Source of the DNA: Chloroflexota bacterium
GTDB lineage: Bacteria; Chloroflexota; UBA11872; UBA12225; JAJDUF01
Direction: 5' to 3'
Length of the DNA stretch: 64,000 nt
Assembly (NCBI GenBank): GCA_965238265.1
Contig: OZ250185.1
Span: 1,949,255 to 2,013,254 of the forward strand
Under the pieces are notes generated by a model. That model did no database searches. It had not been told where the DNA came from and saw nothing but the letters and a program-made list of their open reading frames with translations. Positions 49,897 to 59,912 of this stretch are shown in pieces. A program made the position numbers and the translations under genes. The stretch's first letter is position 1, and each line of letters starts with the position of its first letter.

Positions 49897-50874
49897 CTAA
49901 CGTAACACCTCGCGCACGGCCTGGACGATGTGGGCGGCGGTGGGAATGATGGCCGCTTCGAGATTGAAGGCGTAGGGCATCGGGACTTCGGCCATTGCGA
50001 CCCGGCGCACTGGCGCATCGAGGAAGTCGAACGCGCCTTCCGCAATGGTCGCAGCGATTTCGGCGGTCATCCCACACGACCGCCAATCCTCGCCAGCGAC
50101 GACGGCCCGCGTGGTCTTCTCGACGGAGCGCACGATGGTTGCGGTGTCCAGTGGTCGCAGCGTGCGGAGGTCCACAATCTCGGCCGCAACGCCCTCTGAC
50201 GCCAGCGCGTCGGCCGCCTTGTGGGCCTCCACCAACATGCGCGACCACGCCACAATCGTAACGTCACGCCCCTCGCGCTTGACCTCGGCCTGACCGAACG
50301 GCACGACGAAATCGCCCTCCGGTACCTCCCCGCGCTCGCGGTAGACGGCCGTGTGCTCCAGGAAGATCACCGGATCGTCGTCGCGGATAGCGTTCTTGAG
50401 CAGTCCCTTTGCGTCGTAGGGCGTACCCGGCGCGACGACCTTCAGGCCGGGCACGTAGGCAAAGTAGGCATCGAAGTTCTGCGAGTGGGTCGCCGAGAGG
50501 CTGCCGAAACCATTCGGCGTGCGCACAACGATGGGTATCTTGATCTGCCCGCCAAACATGCTGTAGATTTTGGCCGCGTGATTGACGATCTGGTCCATCG
50601 CCAGCAGGCTGAAGTTGACCGTCATCAGCTCCGCGATGGGGCGGAGGCCCCCCATTGCGCCCCCAATGGCCATTCCGACGATGCCGGCTTCGGCGATGGG
50701 CGTATCCAGCACGCGGTCGAGGCCGAATTGCTCGGATAGGCCGCTGGTGATCCCGTAGGTGCCGCCGTAGGCATCATCGGAGATGTCCTCGCCCAGGATG
50801 CAGACCTTGGCGTCACGCTCCATCTCCTCCAGGAGCGCATCGTGGAGCGCTTCCCGCACGGTAATCTCCGCCAT
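49897..50874 (-). CDS. pdhB: pyruvate / 2-oxoacid dehydrogenase E1 beta subunit
   Basis: The transketolase-like beta subunit begins MAEITVREAL. Confidence 0.9.
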   Translation of the reverse strand: MAEITVREALHDALLEEMERDAKVCILGEDISDDAYGGTYGITSGLSEQFGLDRVLDTPIAEAGIVGMAIGGAMGGLRPIAELMTVNFSLLAMDQIVNHAAKIYSMFGGQIKIPIVVRTPNGFGSLSATHSQNFDAYFAYVPGLKVVAPGTPYDAKGLLKNAIRDDDPVIFLEHTAVYRERGEVPEGDFVVPFGQAEVKREGRDVTIVAWSRMLVEAHKAADALASEGVAAEIVDLRTLRPLDTATIVRSVEKTTRAVVAGEDWRSCGMTAEIAATIAEGAFDFLDAPVRRVAMAEVPMPYAFNLEAAIIPTAAHIVQAVREVLR

Positions 50875-50907
50875 CACCCGCTCCCTGACTAGCCGAAGCT
50901 GCACTCT

Positions 50908-51933
50908 CTAATCGTCACCGCTGCGATGCAGCTTCGGCAAGGCACCGGTGGGTCGGTCGGCCGAGTCGTAGCCCGGTACCGGTGTCGAATAGACGTATTC
51001 GTATGCGGCCTCAGCCGCCGGCTGAGGACTCTCGGCGGCAAACTTGGCGGCCTCCTCAACCTGGCGGTCCACGCGCTTGCGGATCAGCGCCAGGTCTTCG
51101 TCGCCGATGCCGTTGCCTTCGATCAGCCGCTGGCCGAACGTCTCGATGGGATCGCGCTCGCGCCACGGCTTTACGTCGTCTTCCGTGCGGTAGATCTCCG
51201 GATCGGCGGTAGAGTGACCGCGATAACGATAACAGAGCGCTTCCAGGAAGACGGGTCCGCCACCGGAGCGGGCGTGTTCGGCAACGTCCGCGACCGTATC
51301 GTGCATGGCCAGCACGTCCATCCCGTCCACACGCTTGCTCGGCATGTACGGCTCGGCCTTGCGATAGATCTCGGTCACGGCCGAGGCCTTCTGTAGGTGC
51401 GTCCCCATGCCGTATTCGTTGTTCTCACAGATGAACACCACCGGGAGTTTCCACAGCGCGGCCATATTGAGCGCTTCGTAGAACTCGCCCTGATTGGTCG
51501 AGCCATCGCCGAAGAAGCAGCACACGACGCGATCTTCCTGCAGCTGTTTGGCTGCCCAGGCCATGCCCGAGGCCAGCAACAGGTGTGCGCCGACGATGGC
51601 CCAGCCACCCCAAAGGTGACGCCGCACATCCGCGAGATGCATCGAGCCACCGTGACCCAGGCTTGAGCCGGTGGCCTTGCCATACAGCTCCGCCATCACA
51701 GCGTTAGGATCCATGCCGCGCGCCAAGGCGTGACCGTGGTCCCGGTAGTGGGTGATGACGTGATCGGTGCCCCGGAGGGCAGCGATGGCGCCTACGGCTA
51801 CGGCTTCTTCGCCAACGTAGAGATGGCAGAAGCCGCGGATATGGGCTTGGAAATAGGCCTCGGCGCTGGCTTCCTCGAACCGCCGGATGAGGTACATCTG
51901 GCGGTACAGTTCCAGCAGCCGATCTTTCTGCAT
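50908..51933 (-). CDS. pdhA: pyruvate / 2-oxoacid dehydrogenase E1 alpha subunit (TPP-binding)
   Basis: The TPP motif (GDGSTNQGEFYEALN) and the segment YRYRGHS are present. Start was taken at the internal ATG (MQKDRLLELYR). Confidence 0.9.
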   Translation of the reverse strand: MQKDRLLELYRQMYLIRRFEEASAEAYFQAHIRGFCHLYVGEEAVAVGAIAALRGTDHVITHYRDHGHALARGMDPNAVMAELYGKATGSSLGHGGSMHLADVRRHLWGGWAIVGAHLLLASGMAWAAKQLQEDRVVCCFFGDGSTNQGEFYEALNMAALWKLPVVFICENNEYGMGTHLQKASAVTEIYRKAEPYMPSKRVDGMDVLAMHDTVADVAEHARSGGGPVFLEALCYRYRGHSTADPEIYRTEDDVKPWRERDPIETFGQRLIEGNGIGDEDLALIRKRVDRQVEEAAKFAAESPQPAAEAAYEYVYSTPVPGYDSADRPTGALPKLHRSGDD

Positions 51934-52102
51934 CCGGGCCTTCCTCCTCGCATTGGACCGAGACGGCAGCAGAAGACGACGCCTCACCCGGCGCTGCTCG
52001 GCGCCCGTACCCCATTGTAGCAAGCACCCTTCCCCCGGTACCACTTGGAGCGGCTGTCGAGCCAACGCGAGGTCGTCATCGCCGCCATGGGCGCTTAACC
52101 GC

Positions 52103-53755
52103 TCATCGCAGGGGGCTGCTCGGCCGGTAGAGCGTGTAGCCGTACACACCCTGCGGGCGCCTGACGCGCAGCATCAGCTCCCAGCCGCTAGGGGCCAGGG
52201 CACGTGACCGCTGGTCGCCCAGGTACTCTGCCTGAGCAAGGTGTAGGCCCGCGGGCGGGGCGGGGAAGGGTGGCGCCGACGAGCGCGGCAGGTCATCTTG
52301 CCAGGTAATGGGCAAGGATTCCGTGACGATCCGCATGCGTAGGCAGCTATGGCGACTACCGAGACCAACCACCGTGAGCGGTCCGTCCTCGGATAGCGTC
52401 CGGAGCGCGTCTACCATAGCGGCACACCCGACTCCGCTCTCCGGACCGGCTTGGTATTCCCACCGCTCGTTCGGGCTGACTTCGGCGTTGGCCGGGTCCA
52501 GGCTCCATCGCGTGGCCAGGAGGAGCGCTGGGGCTACCACGAGGCTGGCCGTTACCAACGCCGCGGCGACGGCCAGCGCCGGTTGGCTGGCGCGCAGACG
52601 ACGCCAGCGCTCGACGAGTTGTGGGGTGAGCGTCGCCGCCGCGACAATCCACAGCGCCACCGCCGGCCATATGGCCGGTGCTGACCCGCGACCGCCGAGC
52701 AGGTCTATGAGGCCGGCCGTCACGGTGAGGAGCGCTGCCGCTACCGCGCACCCCTTCGCGGCCGTCGTACCGCGTCGCGCGACGAAGTAGGCCCCGATCG
52801 CGAGGGCCACCCAGCCGCCAACCGGCAGATCGAATACCAGCGTCCAGGCGAGGTTCCGCGCGACGAGCAACGCCTGGAAGATGCGTAGGTAGCCCACACC
52901 GACTATCGCGGCAACCACCGCCAGGCCCGCGAGTAGCCCCAGCAGGCCGCGTCGCGCGCGCACATACCCTGCTAGGACCTCACCGAGCGTCCCAGCCCGG
53001 CTGCGCCACACAACCGCAGCAAGCAGGAGCAGCGGGATCGCCGCCGCGATAGCGCCGTGCAGCAGTCCGGCGAGCACGAGCAACGCCAGACCCGGCAGCG
53101 CGAGTAGCCATCTCGTAGGCCCACCGAACACCACTCCTATGGTGTTCGTGGGCCGACGACTTTGCCACTGATAGGCGTGTACGGCGCAGCCGACGGCGAG
53201 CACGAGAAAGAGGGTCGCAGTCGAGACCGGCAGGGCCAGGCGGTCGGCGATGACGGCCAGCGGCGCAATGGCGTAGGCATGTGCAGCGACACTGGCCGCT
53301 AGGGGGCCGGCGAGTACACGCGCAACCCACCAGCAGGCGACGATGGTCGCCAGTCCGGCGATGGCGCTGGCCAGCCGTCCACGCTCGATGGCCCCCGGCC
53401 CTACGCCGAGCAGGCGACGCCACACGACCGCCGGGCCAGAAGCTCTCGCGCCGGGGCCGTAGGTCGCCACGGCTTGCGGTGGGTCCGAAGATTGGGTATA
53501 GGCCAGGATAACAAGCTCTGATTCGCGGTGGATCGGCTCTAGGCGGTCATACAGGCCGGCGAACCGCAGGAGTCCACCAAGCAGCAAGGCCAGTCCCAGC
53601 AGGAGCGCCGGCTGCCATTGAGCCAGGCGACCCGGCAGGGCTGCATCACCTACTGCCCCAGCGGATTGTGCAGCCCCGGCGGTAGGATTGTTCACGGTGT
53701 TCTGTCGCGGTGCGGCGGCGGCTGGCACCACCTCACTATCCATCGGATTGTGCAA
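52103..53755 (-). CDS. polytopic integral membrane protein, possibly a PMT/ArnT-like (GT39/GT83-type) glycosyltransferase. Its 5' end contains tandem copies of the recurring GATTGTGCA motif.
   Basis: It has more than ten TM helices and lies immediately downstream of a secreted GH-A hydrolase. The family assignment is only by resemblance of topology. Confidence 0.4.
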   Translation of the reverse strand: MHNPMDSEVVPAAAAPRQNTVNNPTAGAAQSAGAVGDAALPGRLAQWQPALLLGLALLLGGLLRFAGLYDRLEPIHRESELVILAYTQSSDPPQAVATYGPGARASGPAVVWRRLLGVGPGAIERGRLASAIAGLATIVACWWVARVLAGPLAASVAAHAYAIAPLAVIADRLALPVSTATLFLVLAVGCAVHAYQWQSRRPTNTIGVVFGGPTRWLLALPGLALLVLAGLLHGAIAAAIPLLLLAAVVWRSRAGTLGEVLAGYVRARRGLLGLLAGLAVVAAIVGVGYLRIFQALLVARNLAWTLVFDLPVGGWVALAIGAYFVARRGTTAAKGCAVAAALLTVTAGLIDLLGGRGSAPAIWPAVALWIVAAATLTPQLVERWRRLRASQPALAVAAALVTASLVVAPALLLATRWSLDPANAEVSPNERWEYQAGPESGVGCAAMVDALRTLSEDGPLTVVGLGSRHSCLRMRIVTESLPITWQDDLPRSSAPPFPAPPAGLHLAQAEYLGDQRSRALAPSGWELMLRVRRPQGVYGYTLYRPSSPLR

Positions 53756-53770
53756 GCCGGCGTCGTCAGG

Positions 53771-56143
53771 TTAGCTTGCTGCCCGCGGGGCGGCCAATGG
53801 CGAGCCGGCAGGCACGCCCTCTTCCACCAGGATGAGCGGCGAGCCGCCGACGTAGTAGTAGCCCGGAGGGTCCCCGCCGAACAGGTCGAAGTGGCGCGAA
53901 GCGGCTGCTAGCTCAATGGACCAATACGCCCGGCCATCAACGGTGACGGGCCGGATGATCTTCGCCGCGCCGTCCTTGCTGACGAGCCAGCCATGTACGC
54001 CCACCTTGGGCACCAGCACCGTGATCGGGGTGCCGGCGCCGTTCCATAGCACGGTTGAGCGTTGGATGCCGCCGGCAATGGCACGCTCGAAGATGCCGGC
54101 GTGAACGTGCCATGTGAACCGCGGTGTGTACTGGGACCACCTCGCCACCGGATCATCGGCCCGCTCTAGCACCTCCAAGCCGCGTGGCGTGGCGTTACCC
54201 AGGAAACGGGCGACCGTCTGGAAGGCGGTGAACGCCGGCCGTTGCCGCGACGCCGCGACGTTATTCGGATCATCGTGGAAGCGCACCAGGCCCCAAAGCT
54301 CATCGAACTGCCGCCCACCAAGAGCTGGGTACCTATCGTCCTGGAGCGCGTGGAAGAACATCCGCTCGTAGCCGGCCAAGCGGCCCAACGTAAGTGCCTG
54401 GATGACGAAGGAGGCCTGCTCATCCATCGTGATGCGGAAGCCGTCATTGGCGATCTGTGTATCCCACCCCGGCACGTTGGCGTCATCGAACGGCATGGCG
54501 TTGAACTCGGCCAACCAGATGGGCTTGCCGGCGAGGCCGATGTCAGCGAGCCGCTGCGCGAAGCCGCTGCGGTTGGGCGGTAGCAACGCCACCTCGCCGC
54601 CGCCGTGTACACGATCCCACAGATCATGCGGATTCCGGTAAATGTTGAGCGCGAGGGCGTCGAAGAAGCCACCGTTCGCCGGCGCTGCCGGGTCGGCCTT
54701 GACCTGCGCCATGAACGCCGCAAACCACGGCAGCCGTTGCTCGCCGCCTTCCTGCATGTCGCGGTGGTAGCTGTACGGTGCGACGATCACCTGCGCGTTG
54801 GGATTGCCCCGCTTGGCCGCAGTGTAGGCTGTCTTCAGCAGTTGGTAGTACTGCGCTGCCGAGCCGGCAAACGTCGAGTAGATCGCATTGGGGCCGGAGG
54901 GGGGGATTTCCACTTCGTTCCAAATCGCCCAATGGTCAATCGTACCCGCACACTCGCGGGCAATTGCCGCGACAAACCGTGCCCACTTCGCCATATCGGG
55001 CACGCTATGTGTGCCGTCTGCCGGATTGGTGGCTGCGAAGTCGGGGGTGCCGATCAGCAGGCCCAGCATTTTGACGTTCGCGGCCTTCAGTCCGTCGTTG
55101 ACCCACGGACAGCCACGGATACCGCTGAAGTCGCCATCGGATCGCTCGGCGCCGGACCAGAAGATGACCGACCGGGTCCAGCCCGCGCCGCTCTGGGCCA
55201 GAAAACCGGAGGCTGCATAGCCATCGTTGACGCCAAGCCAATCGGCGCGTACTTGCGCCGCCGGGGGCGCGTGCGGCTCCGCCGCCTGCGGCGGTGGGGC
55301 CGGTGCGGCCGTAGGAGCCGGTGGCGCTGGCCTTAGCGCGACGCTGGTCGCCGCCTCCGGCTTGAGCGGCGTTGCCGCCCACGTGGGGAAGAGGCCGGCT
55401 TCCTTGGCGAGGCCCCCGCCAAGCACAATCGTCACCGTACCCGCTGCCGCCCACGGCACGTCCTGCTGCCAATACTGGAACGCGGCCCGCTGCCCGCGCA
55501 CGACGACCACGTGGCCGTAATCCTTGATCCCCATCGGGAAGCCGTGGTGGTTCAGCCATTGCGGGTTGGCCAGGAATCGCCCTTCCAGCGCTTGCCGGGC
55601 GGCGCGCATCGTCGCACTGTCGCTGGCCCGGGGCGCGAAGATCGTTGTGAGGTGATTCTCGGTGATACTGCCGGGGCCACTGAAGGGTCGTCCCTGGTCG
55701 CTGGACCAGTCAAAGCTGGACGGAATCTGCTTGAAGGTCTCCAGCCACTCGTCCCGACCGGCGGCGTGGAGCAGGTCGAAGACGTTGGCCAGGCTCATGG
55801 TGCCGGTGATGGTATTCCATTGCAGCAGTGCCCGCTGGGTGACCTGATAGGTAAACGGGCCGTCTTGGTAGGGGTGGGAAGCGGGGTAGCCCAGCGCCGC
55901 GATCCCACCGAGCGCCGTGAATTGGCTAAAACAGGGGCAGCTGGTGGTATCGCGGATGGCAAACCCAAAACCGGCCGGGTGGTCGCCGCGGGTCTGGGTG
56001 TAGAAGTGACCGTCGGCCAGGGCGAAGTCGTCACCCGCGGACTGCGCGGCAGCGGGCGCCACGGCCAGCAGTGCAGTGAGCAACAGCGCCGCCAGCAACG
56101 CTCCGACGAACGGCAGTCGGCGGACTATTCTGCCCCAAGCCAT
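53771..56143 (-). CDS. secreted clan GH-A glycoside-hydrolase-like protein (790 aa)
   Basis: A signal peptide (LLAALLLTALLAVAPAAAQSA) is present, together with the motif IDHWAIWNEVEIP, which fits the GH5 N-E-[PV] signature. Confidence 0.6.
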   Translation of the reverse strand: MAWGRIVRRLPFVGALLAALLLTALLAVAPAAAQSAGDDFALADGHFYTQTRGDHPAGFGFAIRDTTSCPCFSQFTALGGIAALGYPASHPYQDGPFTYQVTQRALLQWNTITGTMSLANVFDLLHAAGRDEWLETFKQIPSSFDWSSDQGRPFSGPGSITENHLTTIFAPRASDSATMRAARQALEGRFLANPQWLNHHGFPMGIKDYGHVVVVRGQRAAFQYWQQDVPWAAAGTVTIVLGGGLAKEAGLFPTWAATPLKPEAATSVALRPAPPAPTAAPAPPPQAAEPHAPPAAQVRADWLGVNDGYAASGFLAQSGAGWTRSVIFWSGAERSDGDFSGIRGCPWVNDGLKAANVKMLGLLIGTPDFAATNPADGTHSVPDMAKWARFVAAIARECAGTIDHWAIWNEVEIPPSGPNAIYSTFAGSAAQYYQLLKTAYTAAKRGNPNAQVIVAPYSYHRDMQEGGEQRLPWFAAFMAQVKADPAAPANGGFFDALALNIYRNPHDLWDRVHGGGEVALLPPNRSGFAQRLADIGLAGKPIWLAEFNAMPFDDANVPGWDTQIANDGFRITMDEQASFVIQALTLGRLAGYERMFFHALQDDRYPALGGRQFDELWGLVRFHDDPNNVAASRQRPAFTAFQTVARFLGNATPRGLEVLERADDPVARWSQYTPRFTWHVHAGIFERAIAGGIQRSTVLWNGAGTPITVLVPKVGVHGWLVSKDGAAKIIRPVTVDGRAYWSIELAAASRHFDLFGGDPPGYYYVGGSPLILVEEGVPAGSPLAAPRAAS

Positions 56144-56266
56144 ACAGTCTTCTCCAAAGCCCCCACCCTAACCCTCCCCCGTTGCGACAGGGGAGGGAAG
56201 CGCCGTCCCCCTGCCGCAGCGGGGGGACCATAGGGGGCCCGGCCTCTCTGCGACCGGATCACGGCA

Positions 56267-56593
56267 TCAGCGGCTAGCCGGGGGATCGAGCGGTTCGACG
56301 AAGACTTCAATCGTCCCGCCGCACGCCAAGCCGATGTCCCAGACCATATCGCGCGTAATGCCAAACTGGAGCAGCTGTGGCTGGCCGGTCCTCAGCACGT
56401 CGAGTGACACGTCAATGACGGCCGGCTCGACGCAGCCACCGCTCACCGATCCGGCAAACTCGCCGTGAGAGCCGACGGCGAGCTTGCTCCCGGTGGGTCG
56501 CGGCGCCGACCCTTGGGTGTTGACGACGGTTGCGACGGCGACGCTGTGCCCGGCTTGGCGCCAGCGCTCGATGTCGGCGAGTAGGTCACGCAT
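56267..56593 (-). CDS. XdhC/CoxI-family protein, N-terminal domain only (108 aa)
   Basis: LADIERWRQAGHSVAVATVVNTQGSAPRPTGSKLAV matches the N-terminal XdhC_CoxI domain. The Rossmann-like C-terminal domain is absent. Confidence 0.7.
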   Translation of the reverse strand: MRDLLADIERWRQAGHSVAVATVVNTQGSAPRPTGSKLAVGSHGEFAGSVSGGCVEPAVIDVSLDVLRTGQPQLLQFGITRDMVWDIGLACGGTIEVFVEPLDPPASR

Positions 56594-56716
56594 CAGTCCT
56601 CCTCATAGGTGGTACCGCCCGGCTACGGAGTAGGTTGCCCGGTAGCGGGCTGCGTTGGGCTACAGCGCCTAGTGCCCGCCTCTGGCTTGAACAGGGGTCT
56701 GCACCACTGACCTCCA

Positions 56717-58138
56717 TTAGGATTGTGCAGACCTGGCGGGCAGTGGTGAGCGGCGCCCACGTACCGTTGCCATCACCTCGCAGAGCCGGTCGAGACTTTC
56801 CAGGTTATGCGCCGGCAGGAACTCGTCAACGTAGGGCAGCGCCGCTTGCAGCCCACGGGTCAAGGGCCGGTAGCCGGGCATCCCGAGCAGCGGATTGAGC
56901 CAGAAGAGCCGGTAGCTTGCCCGCTGGAGGTAGGCCACTTCTTGCCGGAGCTGCTCCACGTCGCCACGATCCCAGCCGTCGCTGATGAGTAGTACGAGTG
57001 CGCTCCGACCGAGCACGCGCCGTGCCCAGTGGCGATTGAAGTGGCCTACTGAATCGCCTATGCGGGTACCACCGGACCAGTCGTGGACAACGTCCGATAC
57101 CGCTGCCAGCGCATCGTGAGGGCGGCGCTGGTGTAGTTGGTGCGTGATATTGGTGAGGCGGGTGCTGAACACAAACGCTTCGACCCGCGGCAATTGCTGG
57201 CGCGCAGCATGAAGGAATTGCAGCAACATGCTCGAATAGATGCTCATGGAGCCGCTGACGTCGCAGAGTAGGACGAGTGGACGCGGCTTCTCCGCACGAG
57301 CGCGTTTTTTCCAGGTGACAAGCTCCCCGCTCGTGCGTAGACTGTGCCGGATACTCCGCCGTAGGTCGAGGCGGCCCCGCACCGAGGGCCGCAGCCGGCG
57401 CGTCAAGCGCGGCGCCAGGCGCATCCCCAGCCGGGTCATCAGCTGCTGGACAACGCGCTGTTCGTGCCGATCAAGGTCGCTGAAGTCACGCCGCCGCAAG
57501 ACTTCCGCGGCACTATAGGTACCACTGCGATCCACGCCGTCAACTTCGTCGGCAGCTTCCTGCGACCCGTCCTCGCTGACGCCGTCCTCGCTCTGACCGG
57601 CAGCCTCCACCGCCAAGCGGCGCAGCTGCTCTTGCTGCTTGCTGCCAGCCGGCGTGCCGTCGGTATCGGGGTTGCTAATGTCGCCGCCCGCCTTCTTCAG
57701 CTCCGAAGTCGCTTCGCCATTGGTGGAGTCTGGGAGCGTCCCCGGATCAACGCTATAGCCCTCGGCCAACCGGGGACCAAAGAACTGGGCAAACACCAGG
57801 TCGAATCGCGCCTGGTCCTGATGTTGGGTCAGCAGGGTTACTTGCGCCGTGTGGTAGAGGTCATCCCGGCGCCGCAAGCCCGTGTGCTCGACCGCTTGCA
57901 GCAGGCTCGTGGCCTGGCCCGGCGCCACCGCCACGCCTGCCCGGTGGAGCGCACGGGCAAAGCGCACCAGATGCTTCATCAGCGCACTGCCGGCCGCCGC
58001 ACTGCCGGCTTCGAGTGCCAGGACATCGCTCGATAGCTCCGGCGGTAGGCAAGGGTGCAGTTGAATGGCAGTGGTCAGCGGTCTGTCCGGGCCACCGGCC
58101 ACCGGCCACCGGCCACTGACGTTGTGCGTTTCTGGCAT
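56717..58138 (-). CDS. VWA-domain protein (CoxE-like)
   Basis: The MIDAS motif (LLCDVSGSMS) is present and the gene is adjacent to a MoxR ATPase. Confidence 0.8.
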   Translation of the reverse strand: MPETHNVSGRWPVAGGPDRPLTTAIQLHPCLPPELSSDVLALEAGSAAAGSALMKHLVRFARALHRAGVAVAPGQATSLLQAVEHTGLRRRDDLYHTAQVTLLTQHQDQARFDLVFAQFFGPRLAEGYSVDPGTLPDSTNGEATSELKKAGGDISNPDTDGTPAGSKQQEQLRRLAVEAAGQSEDGVSEDGSQEAADEVDGVDRSGTYSAAEVLRRRDFSDLDRHEQRVVQQLMTRLGMRLAPRLTRRLRPSVRGRLDLRRSIRHSLRTSGELVTWKKRARAEKPRPLVLLCDVSGSMSIYSSMLLQFLHAARQQLPRVEAFVFSTRLTNITHQLHQRRPHDALAAVSDVVHDWSGGTRIGDSVGHFNRHWARRVLGRSALVLLISDGWDRGDVEQLRQEVAYLQRASYRLFWLNPLLGMPGYRPLTRGLQAALPYVDEFLPAHNLESLDRLCEVMATVRGRRSPLPARSAQS

Positions 58139-58139
58139 G

Positions 58140-59165
58140 TCAGCTTCCCGTGACGGCGTTGACGAGGCTCTTGAGCCGCTGGCCCCGGATATGGGCCATG
58201 TCTTCTTGGTGCTTCACCAGGGTACCGAGAGTGGCGTCGGCGTCATCGTAGCCGACCCGCCGCACGCCTAGCTCCACCAAAGCGCCGGCCCAGTCGAGTG
58301 TTTCGGCGATCCCCGGGACTTTGTACAGCTCTTCCTCGCGCAGGGCCTGGACAAACGCCGTGACCTGCCGCGCCAAGGTGTCGGCGATGTCGGGTACCCG
58401 CGTTTCCACGATGCGTAGCTCTTTCTCGAACGTGGGGTACTCGATCCAGTGATAGAGACACCGGCGCTTCAGCGCGTCGTGCAGCTCGCGCGTGCGGTTC
58501 GACGTGATAACGACACGCGGCGGCTTATCGGCGTGGATGGTGCCGATCTCCGGCACGGTGACTTGGTAGTCCGCCAGCATCTCCAGCAGGAAGGCGTCCA
58601 GCTCGTCGTCCGCCCGGTCTATCTCGTCTACCAGAAGTACCGGGGGCGCGTCGTCGGCACCGGTCTCCAGCGCCTGCAAGAGCGGTCGCCGCACCAGGAA
58701 CTCGGGGCTGAAGAGGTCCTTCAGCCGGCTCTCCTGCGCGCTCCCTTGCGCTTCCAGGAGTCGGATGTGGAGCATCTGCCGGCTGTAGTTCCATTCGTAG
58801 ACCGCCTGGTGGATATCCAGCCCCTCGTAGCATTGCAGCCGGATCAGTCGCCCTCCCGTCGCGGTAGCCAGCACCTTGGCCACCTCGGTTTTGCCAACGC
58901 CCGCTTCCCCTTCCAAGAGCAGCGGCTTGGGCAGCCGCATCGCCAGGAAGATCGCCGTGGCGAGCGCGCGGTCGGTCACGTAACGCTGGCCGGCGAGCGT
59001 ATCCTGCACCTGCTCGATGGACTCGGGCGTCGGCGGAAGGGGGGCGGAGGTGGTAGCTTGGGGCGACGTAACATCGGCTTCACTCGCATTCATGGTGGCC
59101 ACTGTACCAAATCTACACCCACTCGCCGATCCACCAGCTAGGCGCCGTTGACATTGCCCGGTCAT
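58140..59165 (-). CDS. MoxR-family AAA+ ATPase (CoxD-like)
   Basis: Walker A (GEAGVGKTEVAK) and Walker B (LLVDEIDRA) are present, and the length is about 320 aa. Confidence 0.9.
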   Translation of the reverse strand: MTGQCQRRLAGGSASGCRFGTVATMNASEADVTSPQATTSAPLPPTPESIEQVQDTLAGQRYVTDRALATAIFLAMRLPKPLLLEGEAGVGKTEVAKVLATATGGRLIRLQCYEGLDIHQAVYEWNYSRQMLHIRLLEAQGSAQESRLKDLFSPEFLVRRPLLQALETGADDAPPVLLVDEIDRADDELDAFLLEMLADYQVTVPEIGTIHADKPPRVVITSNRTRELHDALKRRCLYHWIEYPTFEKELRIVETRVPDIADTLARQVTAFVQALREEELYKVPGIAETLDWAGALVELGVRRVGYDDADATLGTLVKHQEDMAHIRGQRLKSLVNAVTGS

Positions 59166-59227
59166 GGCCGCGCCATTTCCCCGTTATTGCTCTGAAAATA
59201 GCCCCATCCGCCACGCCCGCCCTATCC

Positions 59228-59302
59228 GTCATTCCCGCGTAAGCGGGAATCCAGGGCCGGCACGCCGGCTGCGGCCCTTGGCCTGGATTTCGCCGGAATG
59301 AC
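59228..59302. repeat. composite repeat: the dRS3-like hairpin gtcattcccgcgtaagcgggaatcc, followed by the half-element ggatttcgccggaatgac
   Basis: Seen directly. Confidence 0.8.
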
Positions 59303-59318
59303 GCAATCGGATACCGTC

Positions 59319-59723
59319 CTATCGTTGGTCGTCTGCGCTTGAGTCTGCGCTCGCTGCCCTTCTGATCTTGCCGAGCGCCATTTCGATCAGGCCAACGGCA
59401 GCGATGCCGACGATGACGTGGGCCGCGAGCACGGCCATGTAGACCTGTCCACTCGTCCACAGGCCGAGGAACAGCGTGAGGCCGAGGGCAAAGGGTAGCA
59501 GGGGCCACCACCAAGCGATGCCGGCCGGGCCGCCGAGCGCCTGGGCGCCGGCGCTGGCTGCCCGCCGCGTCCACGGCCCGAGCACGACACCGGCCAGCAC
59601 GACGGTGCCCAGACCGAACAGCAGATGCAGCCAGTGCCACAAGTCGCCGCCGACGTTCCCGGTAAGGAGGCCCAAACCCAGGAAGAAGGTAGCGATAGCC
59701 ACGATCCGCAGAACTATTCCCAC
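59319..59723 (-). CDS. small hypothetical membrane protein (four TM segments)
   Basis: The ORF is hydrophobic. No family was recognised. Confidence 0.4.
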   Translation of the reverse strand: MGIVLRIVAIATFFLGLGLLTGNVGGDLWHWLHLLFGLGTVVLAGVVLGPWTRRAASAGAQALGGPAGIAWWWPLLPFALGLTLFLGLWTSGQVYMAVLAAHVIVGIAAVGLIEMALGKIRRAASADSSADDQR

Positions 59724-59912
59724 ACGTCAGCTCCTCTCAGTGGTGACAACTCCGCGCAGCAGTGTCCGACGCCGGCCTACCTTAACAAGGTTGGCGGAGA
59801 GCGTCAACGTGCCGGGGTCCTCCCGTCCGCCCCGAGTCAGCCGCTTGATGGTATGGTGATGCACACTTGGCGGTCGGGAAGCCTGGAGCAAGACCTGAAG
59901 AATGGAGCGGCT

